The notes: generated from the letters alone by a model not told the origin. DNA of 25,637 nt from a candidate division Zixibacteria bacterium DG_27 (GCA_001302725.1 LIZU01000002.1:1-25637); one strand, 5' to 3'. Positions 8,663 through 16,681 are shown, counted from the stretch's first letter. Translations and numbers: made by a program.

Positions 8663-8855
8663 TCGGAGACCACTTAGCTCAAACTGAAAGCCATAATCGA
8701 CCTCGGAAGCGGCATCTAACCTCCGCCTAAGAATTTATCAGTCCAGCCCGTGGTGATATCTCGACAACAGATTAGGTGCTGTAGCTGCGCGAGGTTTTGA
8801 AATAAGGGCTTCGATCTAAGCTGTTTGCGCTTCTATCAAGAGCTGACAGTAGATT

Positions 8856-9431
8856 CTAATCTGCAGCCAACAGGGTGGAGATCCGGAGCTCGGTTCGGGG
8901 CAACTCCTCGTTCACTTCGAAGCCATCTCTTCTGACAATCCGAGCGGGGGTGCCCACAACGGTACAGTCGGAGGGGACGTCGTGCATTATTATGAAGGAG
9001 TTGGCGCCAATCCTGACGTTATCGCCGACCTCAACCGGTCCGAGCAGAATCGCGCCGGTGCCGACCAGGACGTTATTGCCCAGGGTAGGATGACGCTTAC
9101 CATGATGCTTGCCGGTGCCGCCCAGAGTCACATTGTGGAACAAAACACAGTTATCGCCGATTTCTGCGGTTTCGCCGATCACCACACCGGCTCCGTGGTC
9201 GATAAAGAAGCCCTTTCCGATGCGAGCGCCGGGATGTATTTCGATACCGGTGAAGAAGCGATTCAGCTGTGAGATTAACCTGGGGATGAGAGGGAGACCA
9301 AGCTTCCAGAGGAAGCGAGTAAGTCGATGAAGGGTTATGGCATGAAAGCTGGGGTAGAGCAGAAACTCCAAGGCTCTGGCGGCGGGATCGTTACGATAAA
9401 TGGCTTTGATGTCCTCAATTGTGGTCAACAT
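8856..9431 (-). CDS. cysE: Serine O-acetyltransferase (short type)
   Basis: DPAAR, LYPSFHA, TGIEIHPGARIG, FFIDHGAGVVIGETAEIG, VTLGGTG, RHPTLG hexapeptide repeats; adjacent to cysK. Confidence 0.95.
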   Translation of the reverse strand: MLTTIEDIKAIYRNDPAARALEFLLYPSFHAITLHRLTRFLWKLGLPLIPRLISQLNRFFTGIEIHPGARIGKGFFIDHGAGVVIGETAEIGDNCVLFHNVTLGGTGKHHGKRHPTLGNNVLVGTGAILLGPVEVGDNVRIGANSFIIMHDVPSDCTVVGTPARIVRRDGFEVNEELPRTELRISTLLAAD

Positions 9432-9437
9432 ACGGCC

Positions 9438-10352
9438 TCAATCTGAAAACAGTTCGGTCGACAGATATCTTTCAGCGGTATCAGGAAGAATGGTAACCAC
9501 TACAGCGCCCACGCCCAACTTCTTGCAGACGCCAAGTGCCACGCTGGTGGCGGCACCGGAGGAGATGCCGGCCAGTATCCCCTCCTGTTTCGCTAGAGCT
9601 TTTGCGGTCTCGAAGGCCTCCTCACTACTGACCTTGATGATCTCGTCTACGACGGTGGGATCGTAGGTCTCAGGAATGAAGCCGGGCCCGATTCCCTGTA
9701 TCGGATGGGGACCGGGAGCTCCTCCGGAAAGGACCGGCGAGTCCTCCGGCTCCACCGCGATGACCTTACAACCGTACCTCTCCTTCAAAACCGCACCGGC
9801 GCCGCTGAGGGTGCCACCGGTGCCGACACCGGCAACGAAGGCGTCTAAATTCAGATCGCCGAGATCGGCGATGATCTCTGGCGCCGTCGTCAGCTTGTGA
9901 ATCAAGGGATTGGCAGGATTCTTGAATTGCTGCGGCTGGAAATACCCCTCTCGGGAAGCCAACTCCTCCGCCTTCTCGACCGCACCCCCCATCCCCTTCT
10001 CGGCTGGAGTTAGGACTAGCTGAGCTCCGAGGTGTTTTAAAAGACTGCGTCGCTCCTTGCTCATACTCTCCGGCATCGTGAAAACCGTCCTGTAACCTTT
10101 GACTGCAGCCACCATGGCTAACGCTATGCCGGTGTTGCCGGAGGTGGGCTCGACAACGGTCATGCCAGCTTTGAGCTTCCCCTCTCTCTCGGCGACCTCT
10201 ATCATCGAAACCCCGATTCGATCTTTGACCGAGCTGCAGGGGTTGAAGAACTCAAGTTTTGCATATAAGGTGGCATCCTCAGGAGAAGTCAACCTGTTTA
10301 TCTTGACCAGCGGGGTGCCGCCTATCGATTCTAATATGTTCGCAAGAAGCAT
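9438..10352 (-). CDS. cysK: Cysteine synthase A (O-acetylserine sulfhydrylase)
   Basis: IGGTPLV, NPCSSVKDRIG (PLP lysine), EPTSGNTGIALA, GVGTGGT, GPHPIQGIG, GISSGA, PDTAERYLST. Confidence 0.96.
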   Translation of the reverse strand: MLLANILESIGGTPLVKINRLTSPEDATLYAKLEFFNPCSSVKDRIGVSMIEVAEREGKLKAGMTVVEPTSGNTGIALAMVAAVKGYRTVFTMPESMSKERRSLLKHLGAQLVLTPAEKGMGGAVEKAEELASREGYFQPQQFKNPANPLIHKLTTAPEIIADLGDLNLDAFVAGVGTGGTLSGAGAVLKERYGCKVIAVEPEDSPVLSGGAPGPHPIQGIGPGFIPETYDPTVVDEIIKVSSEEAFETAKALAKQEGILAGISSGAATSVALGVCKKLGVGAVVVTILPDTAERYLSTELFSD

Positions 10353-10374
10353 ACCCTCTCCTTTGAGAGAGTAT
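10351..10374 (-). promoter_or_regulatory. Hairpin sequestering the cysK Shine-Dalgarno and start codon
   Basis: Minus strand AUACUCUCUC-AAAG-GAGAGGGUAU forms a 10-bp stem with one G-U pair. Its 3' arm is the SD plus the AU of the AUG. Confidence 0.6.
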
Positions 10375-10493
10375 CGGTTTCGCCGGGGACGAGTTTATTC
10401 GAAAGGAGACCTATCTGGTAGCCTGCTGGCCGCCTTGAGGCCCTCAATCGGGCAAGAGTAAATGTCTTGAGGGGGTAGCGGGGGAAGGGAGAT

Positions 10494-10522
10494 TTGTTTG
10501 CGGCCCGGCTGGCCTGTATAAT
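10494..10522 (+). promoter_or_regulatory. Putative sigma70 promoter with no downstream + strand gene
   Basis: TTGTTT (10494-10499), 17-bp spacer, TATAAT (10517-10522). Confidence 0.55.
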
Positions 10523-10525
10523 TCA

Positions 10526-10660
10526 GGTCTGAGGTCCTGCGGATTTGTCAGAACGACAACTGGGCTTCTCGCAGCTTCTGCGGGTCTTTAGATAGGCGGT
10601 TTGATCCCGGAGGCAATCAATCAATGGCAGCGTAATGAGGCAGACTGCTTCTCAGGGGCC
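10526..10660 (+). ncRNA. Candidate small structured RNA (6S-like rod or unknown)
   Basis: Follows the promoter above. By hand, the ends pair (GG.UCUGAG with CUCAGG..CC, CUGC/GCAG, UUGUCA/UGGCAG) and enclose CGCAG-CUU-CUGCG and UUGAU..AUCAA hairpins. The G-U pairs favour the + strand. Confidence 0.35.
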
Positions 10661-10667
10661 AACGTTG

Positions 10668-11174
10668 TCAACTCTTATCGGCTGGCTCCAATTCGATGAT
10701 AACATCCCCCAAGTTGACGAGGTCGCCAGCGGAGAAGTTGACCCTTTTGACGATGGCTTCGATCGTGGATTTGATTTCGTTTTCCATCTTCATTGCCTCC
10801 ACAATCACCAGACCCTGCCCAGCCGCGACCTTCTGCTCCTCCTCGACCAAGAGCTTCACGACTTTGCCCGGCATCGGGGGACCAATCTCGGTCTCGGCCA
10901 GTTGAGCAGGCCCCCCGGCCACTCCCGAGACCTCCTCCTGCGGCTCCTCGAAGACGTACTGCTCCCCCCCGATCTGGACGTAGCGTCTGTTATCGTCCCG
11001 GGCCACGTAAGCGGTATAGGTCTTGCCCTCAATTAACAGAGACAGGCAGTTCTCGGAGATAATCTCGAGGTCGACTTCGCGAGTTCCTTCCCCGATGGTG
11101 GCCCTGACCCTGCCTCCTTTGTCGTCTATCTTCACGCGGAAAAGCTCCTGGCCCAATCTCAGCTCGTGTTCCAT
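10668..11174 (-). CDS. accB: Biotin carboxyl carrier protein with N-terminal extension (split acyl-CoA carboxylase alpha type)
   Basis: PPMPGKVVK and GLVIVEAMKMENEI biotinyl-lysine motif; 168 aa. The substrate of the carboxylase cannot be determined from this. Confidence 0.88.
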   Translation of the reverse strand: MEHELRLGQELFRVKIDDKGGRVRATIGEGTREVDLEIISENCLSLLIEGKTYTAYVARDDNRRYVQIGGEQYVFEEPQEEVSGVAGGPAQLAETEIGPPMPGKVVKLLVEEEQKVAAGQGLVIVEAMKMENEIKSTIEAIVKRVNFSAGDLVNLGDVIIELEPADKS

Positions 11175-11217
11175 CTCGCTCCAAGTCTACCTCAGCTGTG
11201 ACAGTGAGGCGCAGCTT

Positions 11218-11976
11218 TCACCCCAGCTCCTCTTTCAGGATATTCCGAAACCGTGTCTTGCTAATGTAATGGTCCGCAAGCAGCCTGCCATCGTGGATCA
11301 AGCTGAACACGCCGTATCCGGAGGGAGCATCCTGGGCTTCCCTGGCGCTTCCAAGTTCGGTGACCTTCAATTCGAGACCCCTCTCCCCCGCAGTCTCCAG
11401 GAGGTCATTCACAGATTTGATTTTCCAAGGGCATTGATTGGCGTAGAAGAGCCTCCATCCCTTCTGTCCGCTCAATCTCGATTCCCAGTTCCTGAACTTC
11501 GGCAGAGGGCCCCTCCGCAGCGGTTTCACCAGCAACTCGAAACGCCCCGCTTCGTCGGCGATGTCGAACCCGTTCTTCAGAAACAGCCTCTTGTCCGCCA
11601 GCCAGGGACCATCGCTGGCGGCAACCACCACTCCATACATCTTTCTCTTTCTTGCCTCTTTTACGCATTCCCTCACGAGAAGAGAGCCATATCCCCTCTC
11701 GCGATCGTTCTTCCTCCCGAGGTACATGCAGTGTATGAACATATACCCTTCAGCATCGACGGGTCTCCATGCAAACTCACCAGGGATGTATTCAATGAAG
11801 CCCATCGCGCCCCCAGTGGCCGAATGCAGAAGCTTTATCCCCAGACCTTCGGAAAACCTCTTCTTCAGCCAGTTGAGCTTCAGTCCGTGACCTTCGTACT
11901 TGGGCTTCCTCACACAGAAAAAACCGTGCTCGGAGACGTTGCTCGCATCAACATCGACTACGCTGACTCCGGTCAT
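11218..11976 (-). CDS. yoaP: YoaP-domain GNAT-family acetyltransferase
   Basis: GFIEYIPGEFAWRP, FIHC, RGYGSLLV (acetyl-CoA loop), YANQCPW, AQDAPSGYGVFSLIHDG typical of YoaP proteins. Confidence 0.82.
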   Translation of the reverse strand: MTGVSVVDVDASNVSEHGFFCVRKPKYEGHGLKLNWLKKRFSEGLGIKLLHSATGGAMGFIEYIPGEFAWRPVDAEGYMFIHCMYLGRKNDRERGYGSLLVRECVKEARKRKMYGVVVAASDGPWLADKRLFLKNGFDIADEAGRFELLVKPLRRGPLPKFRNWESRLSGQKGWRLFYANQCPWKIKSVNDLLETAGERGLELKVTELGSAREAQDAPSGYGVFSLIHDGRLLADHYISKTRFRNILKEELG

Positions 11977-12038
11977 ATCAACTATCCTCTGTAACCTATG
12001 GCGCGACTTCGCAACAACACCTTACCTGGTACAGAGGT

Positions 12039-13532
12039 TCAACCGATTGACCAACTTCCCATAGTCTGCCAGGGAGTGAGGAATTCATCCTTGGTGGCAA
12101 CGGCGTTGGATGCCACCTTTCGGGTCGGAATCAAGGACGCAGCCACCAGAGCTTCCGTCAGGAACTTCCGTCTATCGGTCTCACCGCGGTATTCCGAGAA
12201 GTGATCGTCAAGGAAGCTGGTGTAAGTTCCTCCGGAGGCAAACTCCGGGTGGACAATGATGTCACGCAGAAAAGCGACGTTGGTCTTTATTCCTAAGATG
12301 ATGTAGTCTGACAGAGCAATCTCCATTCTCCTTATGACCTCACTGCGGTCCCCAGCCCACACCAAAAGCTTCGAGAGGATCGGGTCGTAGTAAACCGGCA
12401 CCATGAAGCCAGAATAGACGCCGCTGTCATTTCTGATCCCCGGACCGAAAGGCTCTCTCATGAAGAGAATTTTCCCGGCAGAGGGGAGAAAACCCTTCTC
12501 CGGGTCCTCCGCGTAGATACGGCACTCGATGGCGTGTCCCTGCTGTCTCAAATCGTCCGGTTTTATCCAAAGTTTCTCACCACTTGCGATTCTAATCTGG
12601 GCCTTCACGATGTCCACCCCGGTGGTCAGCTCCGTAACCGGATGCTCCACCTGCACCCGGGTGTTGACCTCCAGGAAGTAGTAATTCCCCTCTTGGTCCA
12701 AGAGGAACTCCACCGTCCCGGCGTTCGAGTAGCCGGCGGCCTTCGCGACCTTGATGGCATCCTCTCCCATCTTCTTCCTGAGTTGTGGATTCAAGGCAGT
12801 GGAGGGAGCCTCCTCGATGATCTTCTGATGCCGCCGCTGGATGGAGCATTCTCTCTCGAAAAGGTGGATGGTGTTGCCGTAATTGTCGGCCAAGATCTGA
12901 AACTCGATGTGTCGGGGCCTATCCAGGAACTTCTCCAAGTAGAGGGTGTCGTCGGCGAAGGCAGAGAGGGCCTCTCTTTTGGAAGACTCGATAGCGGACT
13001 CTAAGTCCTTCTCATCACCGATGACCTTCATCGCTTTCCCGCCACCGCCTAAGGAAGCCTTTATAAGAACCGGGTAACCGATCTTTTTGGCGGCCTTCTT
13101 GAAGCCCCGCATGTCCTCACTGGTTGCCTCCATTCCCGGTATTATGGGAACAGCGGCCCTCTTCATCAGCTTTCTAGACTCAATCTTGTTGCCTAAGAGC
13201 TGGATGGTTTCACCTTTGGGGCCGATGAAGACTATTCCCTCTTTTTCACACCTTTTGGCGAACTCGGGGTTCTCCGCCAGAAAGCCGTAGCCGGGATGAA
13301 CAGCGTCGCAGCCACGCTCTTTAGCACTGGAGATGATATTGTCGATGTTGAGATAGCTTTCAAGTGGCGCGGGAGGCCCGATGCAGACGGCCTCGTCGGC
13401 CTGTTGCACGTGAAGGGCACTACGATCTGCTTCGGAATAGACCGCCACCGTGGGGATGCCTAAATCCCTACAGGCTCTGATGACCCGGACGCAGATCTCG
13501 CCTCTGTTTGCGACCAGGATTTTCTTGAACAT
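12039..13532 (-). CDS. accC: Biotin carboxylase subunit (acetyl/propionyl/methylcrotonyl-CoA carboxylase family)
   Basis: KILVANRGEI, HPGYGFLAEN, KASLGGGGK, RECSIQRRHQK, FLEVNTRVQVEHPVTE, ECRIYAEDP, YYDPILSKL; 497 aa with a C-terminal extension. Confidence 0.93.
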   Translation of the reverse strand: MFKKILVANRGEICVRVIRACRDLGIPTVAVYSEADRSALHVQQADEAVCIGPPAPLESYLNIDNIISSAKERGCDAVHPGYGFLAENPEFAKRCEKEGIVFIGPKGETIQLLGNKIESRKLMKRAAVPIIPGMEATSEDMRGFKKAAKKIGYPVLIKASLGGGGKAMKVIGDEKDLESAIESSKREALSAFADDTLYLEKFLDRPRHIEFQILADNYGNTIHLFERECSIQRRHQKIIEEAPSTALNPQLRKKMGEDAIKVAKAAGYSNAGTVEFLLDQEGNYYFLEVNTRVQVEHPVTELTTGVDIVKAQIRIASGEKLWIKPDDLRQQGHAIECRIYAEDPEKGFLPSAGKILFMREPFGPGIRNDSGVYSGFMVPVYYDPILSKLLVWAGDRSEVIRRMEIALSDYIILGIKTNVAFLRDIIVHPEFASGGTYTSFLDDHFSEYRGETDRRKFLTEALVAASLIPTRKVASNAVATKDEFLTPWQTMGSWSIG

Positions 13533-13608
13533 GCTTTGTGGTTCTATCTGATGACTGTGATTCTACGGTTTCTTACGGGAGCCTGAATCAGCTCCACATT
13601 AAAACGAA

Positions 13609-13637
13609 ATGATACCTCAAACAGTCCCGAAAAGCAA
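13609..13637 (-). promoter_or_regulatory. Putative sigma70 promoter for the accC-yoaP-accB unit
   Basis: Minus strand TTGCTT (13637-13632), 17-bp spacer, TATCAT (13614-13609). Confidence 0.55.
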
Positions 13638-13677
13638 TAACTTCTGCTGATACGATTAGCCTGATAGTAACGGAGAA

Positions 13678-13702
13678 GTAGCGGAAGGCTTTAGCCTTCC
13701 AC
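13678..13702 (+). repeat. REP-like hairpin, family 1 (single copy)
   Basis: GTAGC-GGAAGGC-TTTA-GCCTTCC-AC. Confidence 0.85.
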
Positions 13703-13729
13703 CGCATCTTAACAATAGCAAGCGATCCG

Positions 13730-14158
13730 TCATTCCTTGAACATCATCTTTTCCCGGTTCATGTCCAAGAACAATCGCTGGTACTGCCGGCTTCTGAATT
13801 TGATGCGACCGAATCTCAGCGTCGCCGGCTTATGCTTGCCGAGGGGAGTGATATTCAATATGAAGGAAAGGGCAATTAGTCCCAGAAAGTAAAGCCAAAA
13901 ATACGCGACCAGCGTGAGTTGCCAGGGGCCAATCGGGTTTGTAATCGCAAAAAGGATATAAAACAAGCTATAAATCAAGAATACAGCATAATAAGTCCAA
14001 CCCTGCCCCTTGATTCTTCGATGACAATTCTGACAAACCGGCACCTGGATACTGTAAAAGGTTCCGAAGCCCCAACCTCCGATCTTGATCCTTCTGCTTA
14101 TGTCCTCACTCAGGCAACTGCAACATCTCTTGGGGAGGGAATAGATCTTATTGGACAT
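13730..14158 (-). CDS. Hypothetical membrane protein with CxxC/CxxC motifs and two predicted TM helices
   Basis: Likely start ATG 14158 (MSNKIYSLPKRCCSCL...VPVCQNCH), overlapping the PAP2 stop; the ORF track starts at 14176. Two hydrophobic segments; visibly AT-richer than its neighbours. Confidence 0.65.
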   Translation of the reverse strand: MSNKIYSLPKRCCSCLSEDISRRIKIGGWGFGTFYSIQVPVCQNCHRRIKGQGWTYYAVFLIYSLFYILFAITNPIGPWQLTLVAYFWLYFLGLIALSFILNITPLGKHKPATLRFGRIKFRSRQYQRLFLDMNREKMMFKE

Positions 14159-14744
14159 CTTCTTCTCTTTCCTCAACCGAGGTCGCGGATTTCTTCCGCT
14201 TTGAAAAAAGAGGCAGAACCTGCAGTTCCAATCCCATTACCGCGAAGGCACAGAACATCCCCAGAATAGCTCCACCCGCCAGATCCAGAGGATAATGTAT
14301 CCCGATATAGGTTCTGGAATAGCTGACCAGAACCGCAATCGCAAAAAGATAGGGAGCGGCCCTGCGATACTTGCTGGAGAAAAATACCGCGGCGGCGAAG
14401 TTGTTGGTGGCATGCGAGGAGGGAAAGGAAAACGAATTGCCACAGCCGACCAGCAATCGGAGTTCCTCCACCACGTGACAGGGCCTGATGCGGTGAAAGA
14501 ACGGCTTTAGGATATGGCTGGAGGTTTGATCCGAAAGCAGGATCAGAATCCCCCCGAAAAGGACCGCCAGTCGTCCTTTTTTGCCTCCGAAGACCAGCAG
14601 AAGTAAAGCCGCAAAACCGATCGGATACCTCCAGATAACCCCGTTGGTGATGATGGGCATCAGAAAGTCGAAAACCGGGTTTGCCAGTTTGCTGTTTATG
14701 AGGACGAACAGGTAATGGTCGATTTGATAGAAGAACGTTGTCAT
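14148..14744 (-). CDS. PAP2-family membrane phosphatase (undecaprenyl-PP / lipid phosphatase-like)
   Basis: Three PAP2 motifs: KPFFHRIRP, FPSSH, SRTYIGIHYPLD; hydrophobic helices; GGAGG SD upstream. Confidence 0.92.
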   Translation of the reverse strand: MTTFFYQIDHYLFVLINSKLANPVFDFLMPIITNGVIWRYPIGFAALLLLVFGGKKGRLAVLFGGILILLSDQTSSHILKPFFHRIRPCHVVEELRLLVGCGNSFSFPSSHATNNFAAAVFFSSKYRRAAPYLFAIAVLVSYSRTYIGIHYPLDLAGGAILGMFCAFAVMGLELQVLPLFSKRKKSATSVEEREEDVQ

Positions 14745-14804
14745 CGGACAATCAAGCCTCCGTCAGATGTGAGGAGGCTATCCCAAAAGACCAAAGCAGG
14801 ATAC

Positions 14805-14860
14805 GTAGGGGTGGGAATTTATCCCACCCAACCCCAGGCGGGGATAAATTCCCCGCTCTA
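14805..14860. repeat. Inverted pair of REP-like hairpins, family 2
   Basis: + strand GTAG-GGGTGGGA-ATTTA-TCCCACCC (the G at 14808 ends GTAG). The partner reads TAGA-GCGGGGA-ATTTA-TCCCCGC on the minus strand, with the same ATTTA loop and different but self-complementary stems. Confidence 0.7.
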
Positions 14861-15066
14861 AGAGGGAAAGGAATAACGAGACTAAAAGAAGGTTAAGAAC
14901 AGTCATCATTCAAAAACGGACTTTTGAGACAAGCTCTGAGCATCCAACGGCACCGCTAAATCAATCGCACCATAGCAATTGATTCCGCAAAGAAATACAA
15001 TGATTGAGGAAATTCAAGCTGTATTTGCTGAGGCAGCGGGACTATATCGACACGAGACCGGTCCTT

Positions 15067-16038
15067 TTAGTACCTGAAATTCGTCTTTCGACTCCGGAGG
15101 AACCTCAACGCCTTCCTGTAAGTGGGTATACCGGTCCTGCCGCCCAGGGCGGTGCATTTCATCGCTGCACAGGCACAAGCAAACTCCACCGCCTTGGGCA
15201 CCTCCCACTGTCTTGTCAAACCGTAGATGAAAGCTCCGTGGAAAACATCTCCAGCTCCGGTGGTATCGACCACCTGCACTTTGAAACCGCTCTGTTTGAA
15301 GACCGAGCCATCGGTGGTGCCGATGGCTCTCTTCTCTCCCAAGGTGATCACGACCGCTCGAGGTTTATATTTTCGATAAAGTTCGACCAACGCCCTCTCA
15401 GGTTTTTCAATCCCGGTGAACTTGAAAGAGAACTCTTCCCCGATCACGAGATAATCGGTGAAAGGTAGAAGAGGCTTTACTTCCGGCCGATAACTGCCGA
15501 CATCGATGACGATTTCGCAGCCATATTCTCTTGCTAGCCTGCAGGCCCGAAGATTCGCCTCCAGGTCCCGTCCATCCAGAAGGGCATATTTTGCTTTCCT
15601 GAGGAGGTTTGCCTTTATCTGCTCTGGTTTGATTTCAGAGCTTTTAGTGTTGTTCAGTACAACCGTCCGTTTCCCGCTTTTTCTATCAACCCAGACAAAG
15701 GCTTGCAGACTGCGGCCTCGTTTGTCCACTAAAAGACAGTCGGTATCCACCCCCTCGGATTCGAGCTCCTCTCTGATCAGCTGCCCCTCGTGATCGTTGC
15801 CGATCTTGCCGATTAGAGCCGTCTTTCCTCCAAGTCGTGCTATGGCCACGAGCGCAGTGGGCACCGGTCCACCGCCCTGGTTTTTGAAGTCCACTAAGTC
15901 AACCTTCTGGTTGAGCCTTGGGTAGGTGGAGACTACTCCGAGATAATCCAGCGGACAGATGCCCAGCCCCAGGCAATCGTAAACTCTATTCCGGTTTCGC
16001 CGAACTGTTTGCCTTCGGAAGGAAGGTGACCTGGCCAT
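15067..16038 (-). CDS. PfkB/ribokinase-family carbohydrate kinase (YihV-like subgroup)
   Basis: GGGPVPTALVAIARLG, IGKIGND, VVITLGEKRA, VVDTTGAGDVFHGAF. The start is uncertain because it overlaps the yigZ 3' end by 53 nt. Confidence 0.88.
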   Translation of the reverse strand: MARSPSFRRQTVRRNRNRVYDCLGLGICPLDYLGVVSTYPRLNQKVDLVDFKNQGGGPVPTALVAIARLGGKTALIGKIGNDHEGQLIREELESEGVDTDCLLVDKRGRSLQAFVWVDRKSGKRTVVLNNTKSSEIKPEQIKANLLRKAKYALLDGRDLEANLRACRLAREYGCEIVIDVGSYRPEVKPLLPFTDYLVIGEEFSFKFTGIEKPERALVELYRKYKPRAVVITLGEKRAIGTTDGSVFKQSGFKVQVVDTTGAGDVFHGAFIYGLTRQWEVPKAVEFACACAAMKCTALGGRTGIPTYRKALRFLRSRKTNFRY

Positions 16039-16681
16039 TGGTGGCGTCTAAAAGCTTCTCTCTGAGCGTTTTTGCCCGGCTGGCGCGTATCTCTACCTTC
16101 ATGGAGGGGATCTCCCCGAACAGGTTCTCAAGGATCTTCGCCTTGGCCAGGCTCACGGAGCGGTGGACTACGGAGGTGAACTCGAACGGATAGGAGAAAG
16201 AGAGAGTGGTGTTGATATACCGGATTTGAGTATTCCGGTAGTCCAAAACCGACAGGGCGCTCTGCCGGTAAGCTCGGGCCAGCCCTCCGGTTCCCAACTC
16301 TACTCCCCCGAAGTAACGGCTCACCACCACCACCACGTTGGTCAACCGCCTCTGTTCGATCACCTCGAAGATGGGACGACCTGCAGTTCCCGAGGGCTCC
16401 CCGGCATCGGAGTAACGATACTTCTGACGCTTTCCCATTCCTACCTTGTAAGCGAAACAGTGATGGTGAGCGTCGTGGAACTCCTTGGAGACCTTCTCGA
16501 TGAAATCCTTGGCCTTCCCCTCGCTGTCCACTGCCAGGGTGGAGGCGATAAAGCGTGAATTCTTCAGAGCCACCTCCATCCTTTTGAAATCCCTGACGGT
16601 GCGATATTCGTCGGGGGCCGCGGTCCATCTGTCGAACCTCGCCACGCTGCGGAGGCTATTTCTAACGATTTGCCCGCGCAT
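15986..16681 (-). CDS. yigZ: YigZ/IMPACT family protein
   Basis: KNSRFIA, DAHHHCFAY, YSDAGEPSGTAGRPI, VVVVSRYFGGVELGTGGLARAY. The exact start is uncertain. Confidence 0.92.
   Translation of the reverse strand: MRGQIVRNSLRSVARFDRWTAAPDEYRTVRDFKRMEVALKNSRFIASTLAVDSEGKAKDFIEKVSKEFHDAHHHCFAYKVGMGKRQKYRYSDAGEPSGTAGRPIFEVIEQRRLTNVVVVVSRYFGGVELGTGGLARAYRQSALSVLDYRNTQIRYINTTLSFSYPFEFTSVVHRSVSLAKAKILENLFGEIPSMKVEIRASRAKTLREKLLDATNGQVTFLPKANSSAKPE

Noticed and set aside
10476-10490. GTAGCGGGGGAAGG resembling the family-1 REP 5' end
   Set aside because: No complementary second arm, so no hairpin; likely chance in a G-rich stretch.
10381-10600. SAM-I riboswitch or T-box upstream of cysK (CCTATCT...AGATAGG could act as a P1)
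   Set aside because: The core SAM-I elements (AUC-AAGAG, kink-turn P2, GCAACC) and the T-box UGGNACC bulge motif were not found.
11023-11994. 323-aa + strand ORF antisense to yoaP
   Set aside because: Shadow of a clear YoaP gene; no family motifs, SD or promoter support.
13548-13580. Hammerhead-like CTGATGA followed by a small stem
   Set aside because: No GAAA after the stem and no flanking stems I/III.
15000-15077. 25-codon + strand ORF (MIEEIQAVFAEAAGLYRHETGPFST)
   Set aside because: No clear SD, no promoter with proper spacing, and no recognisable motif.
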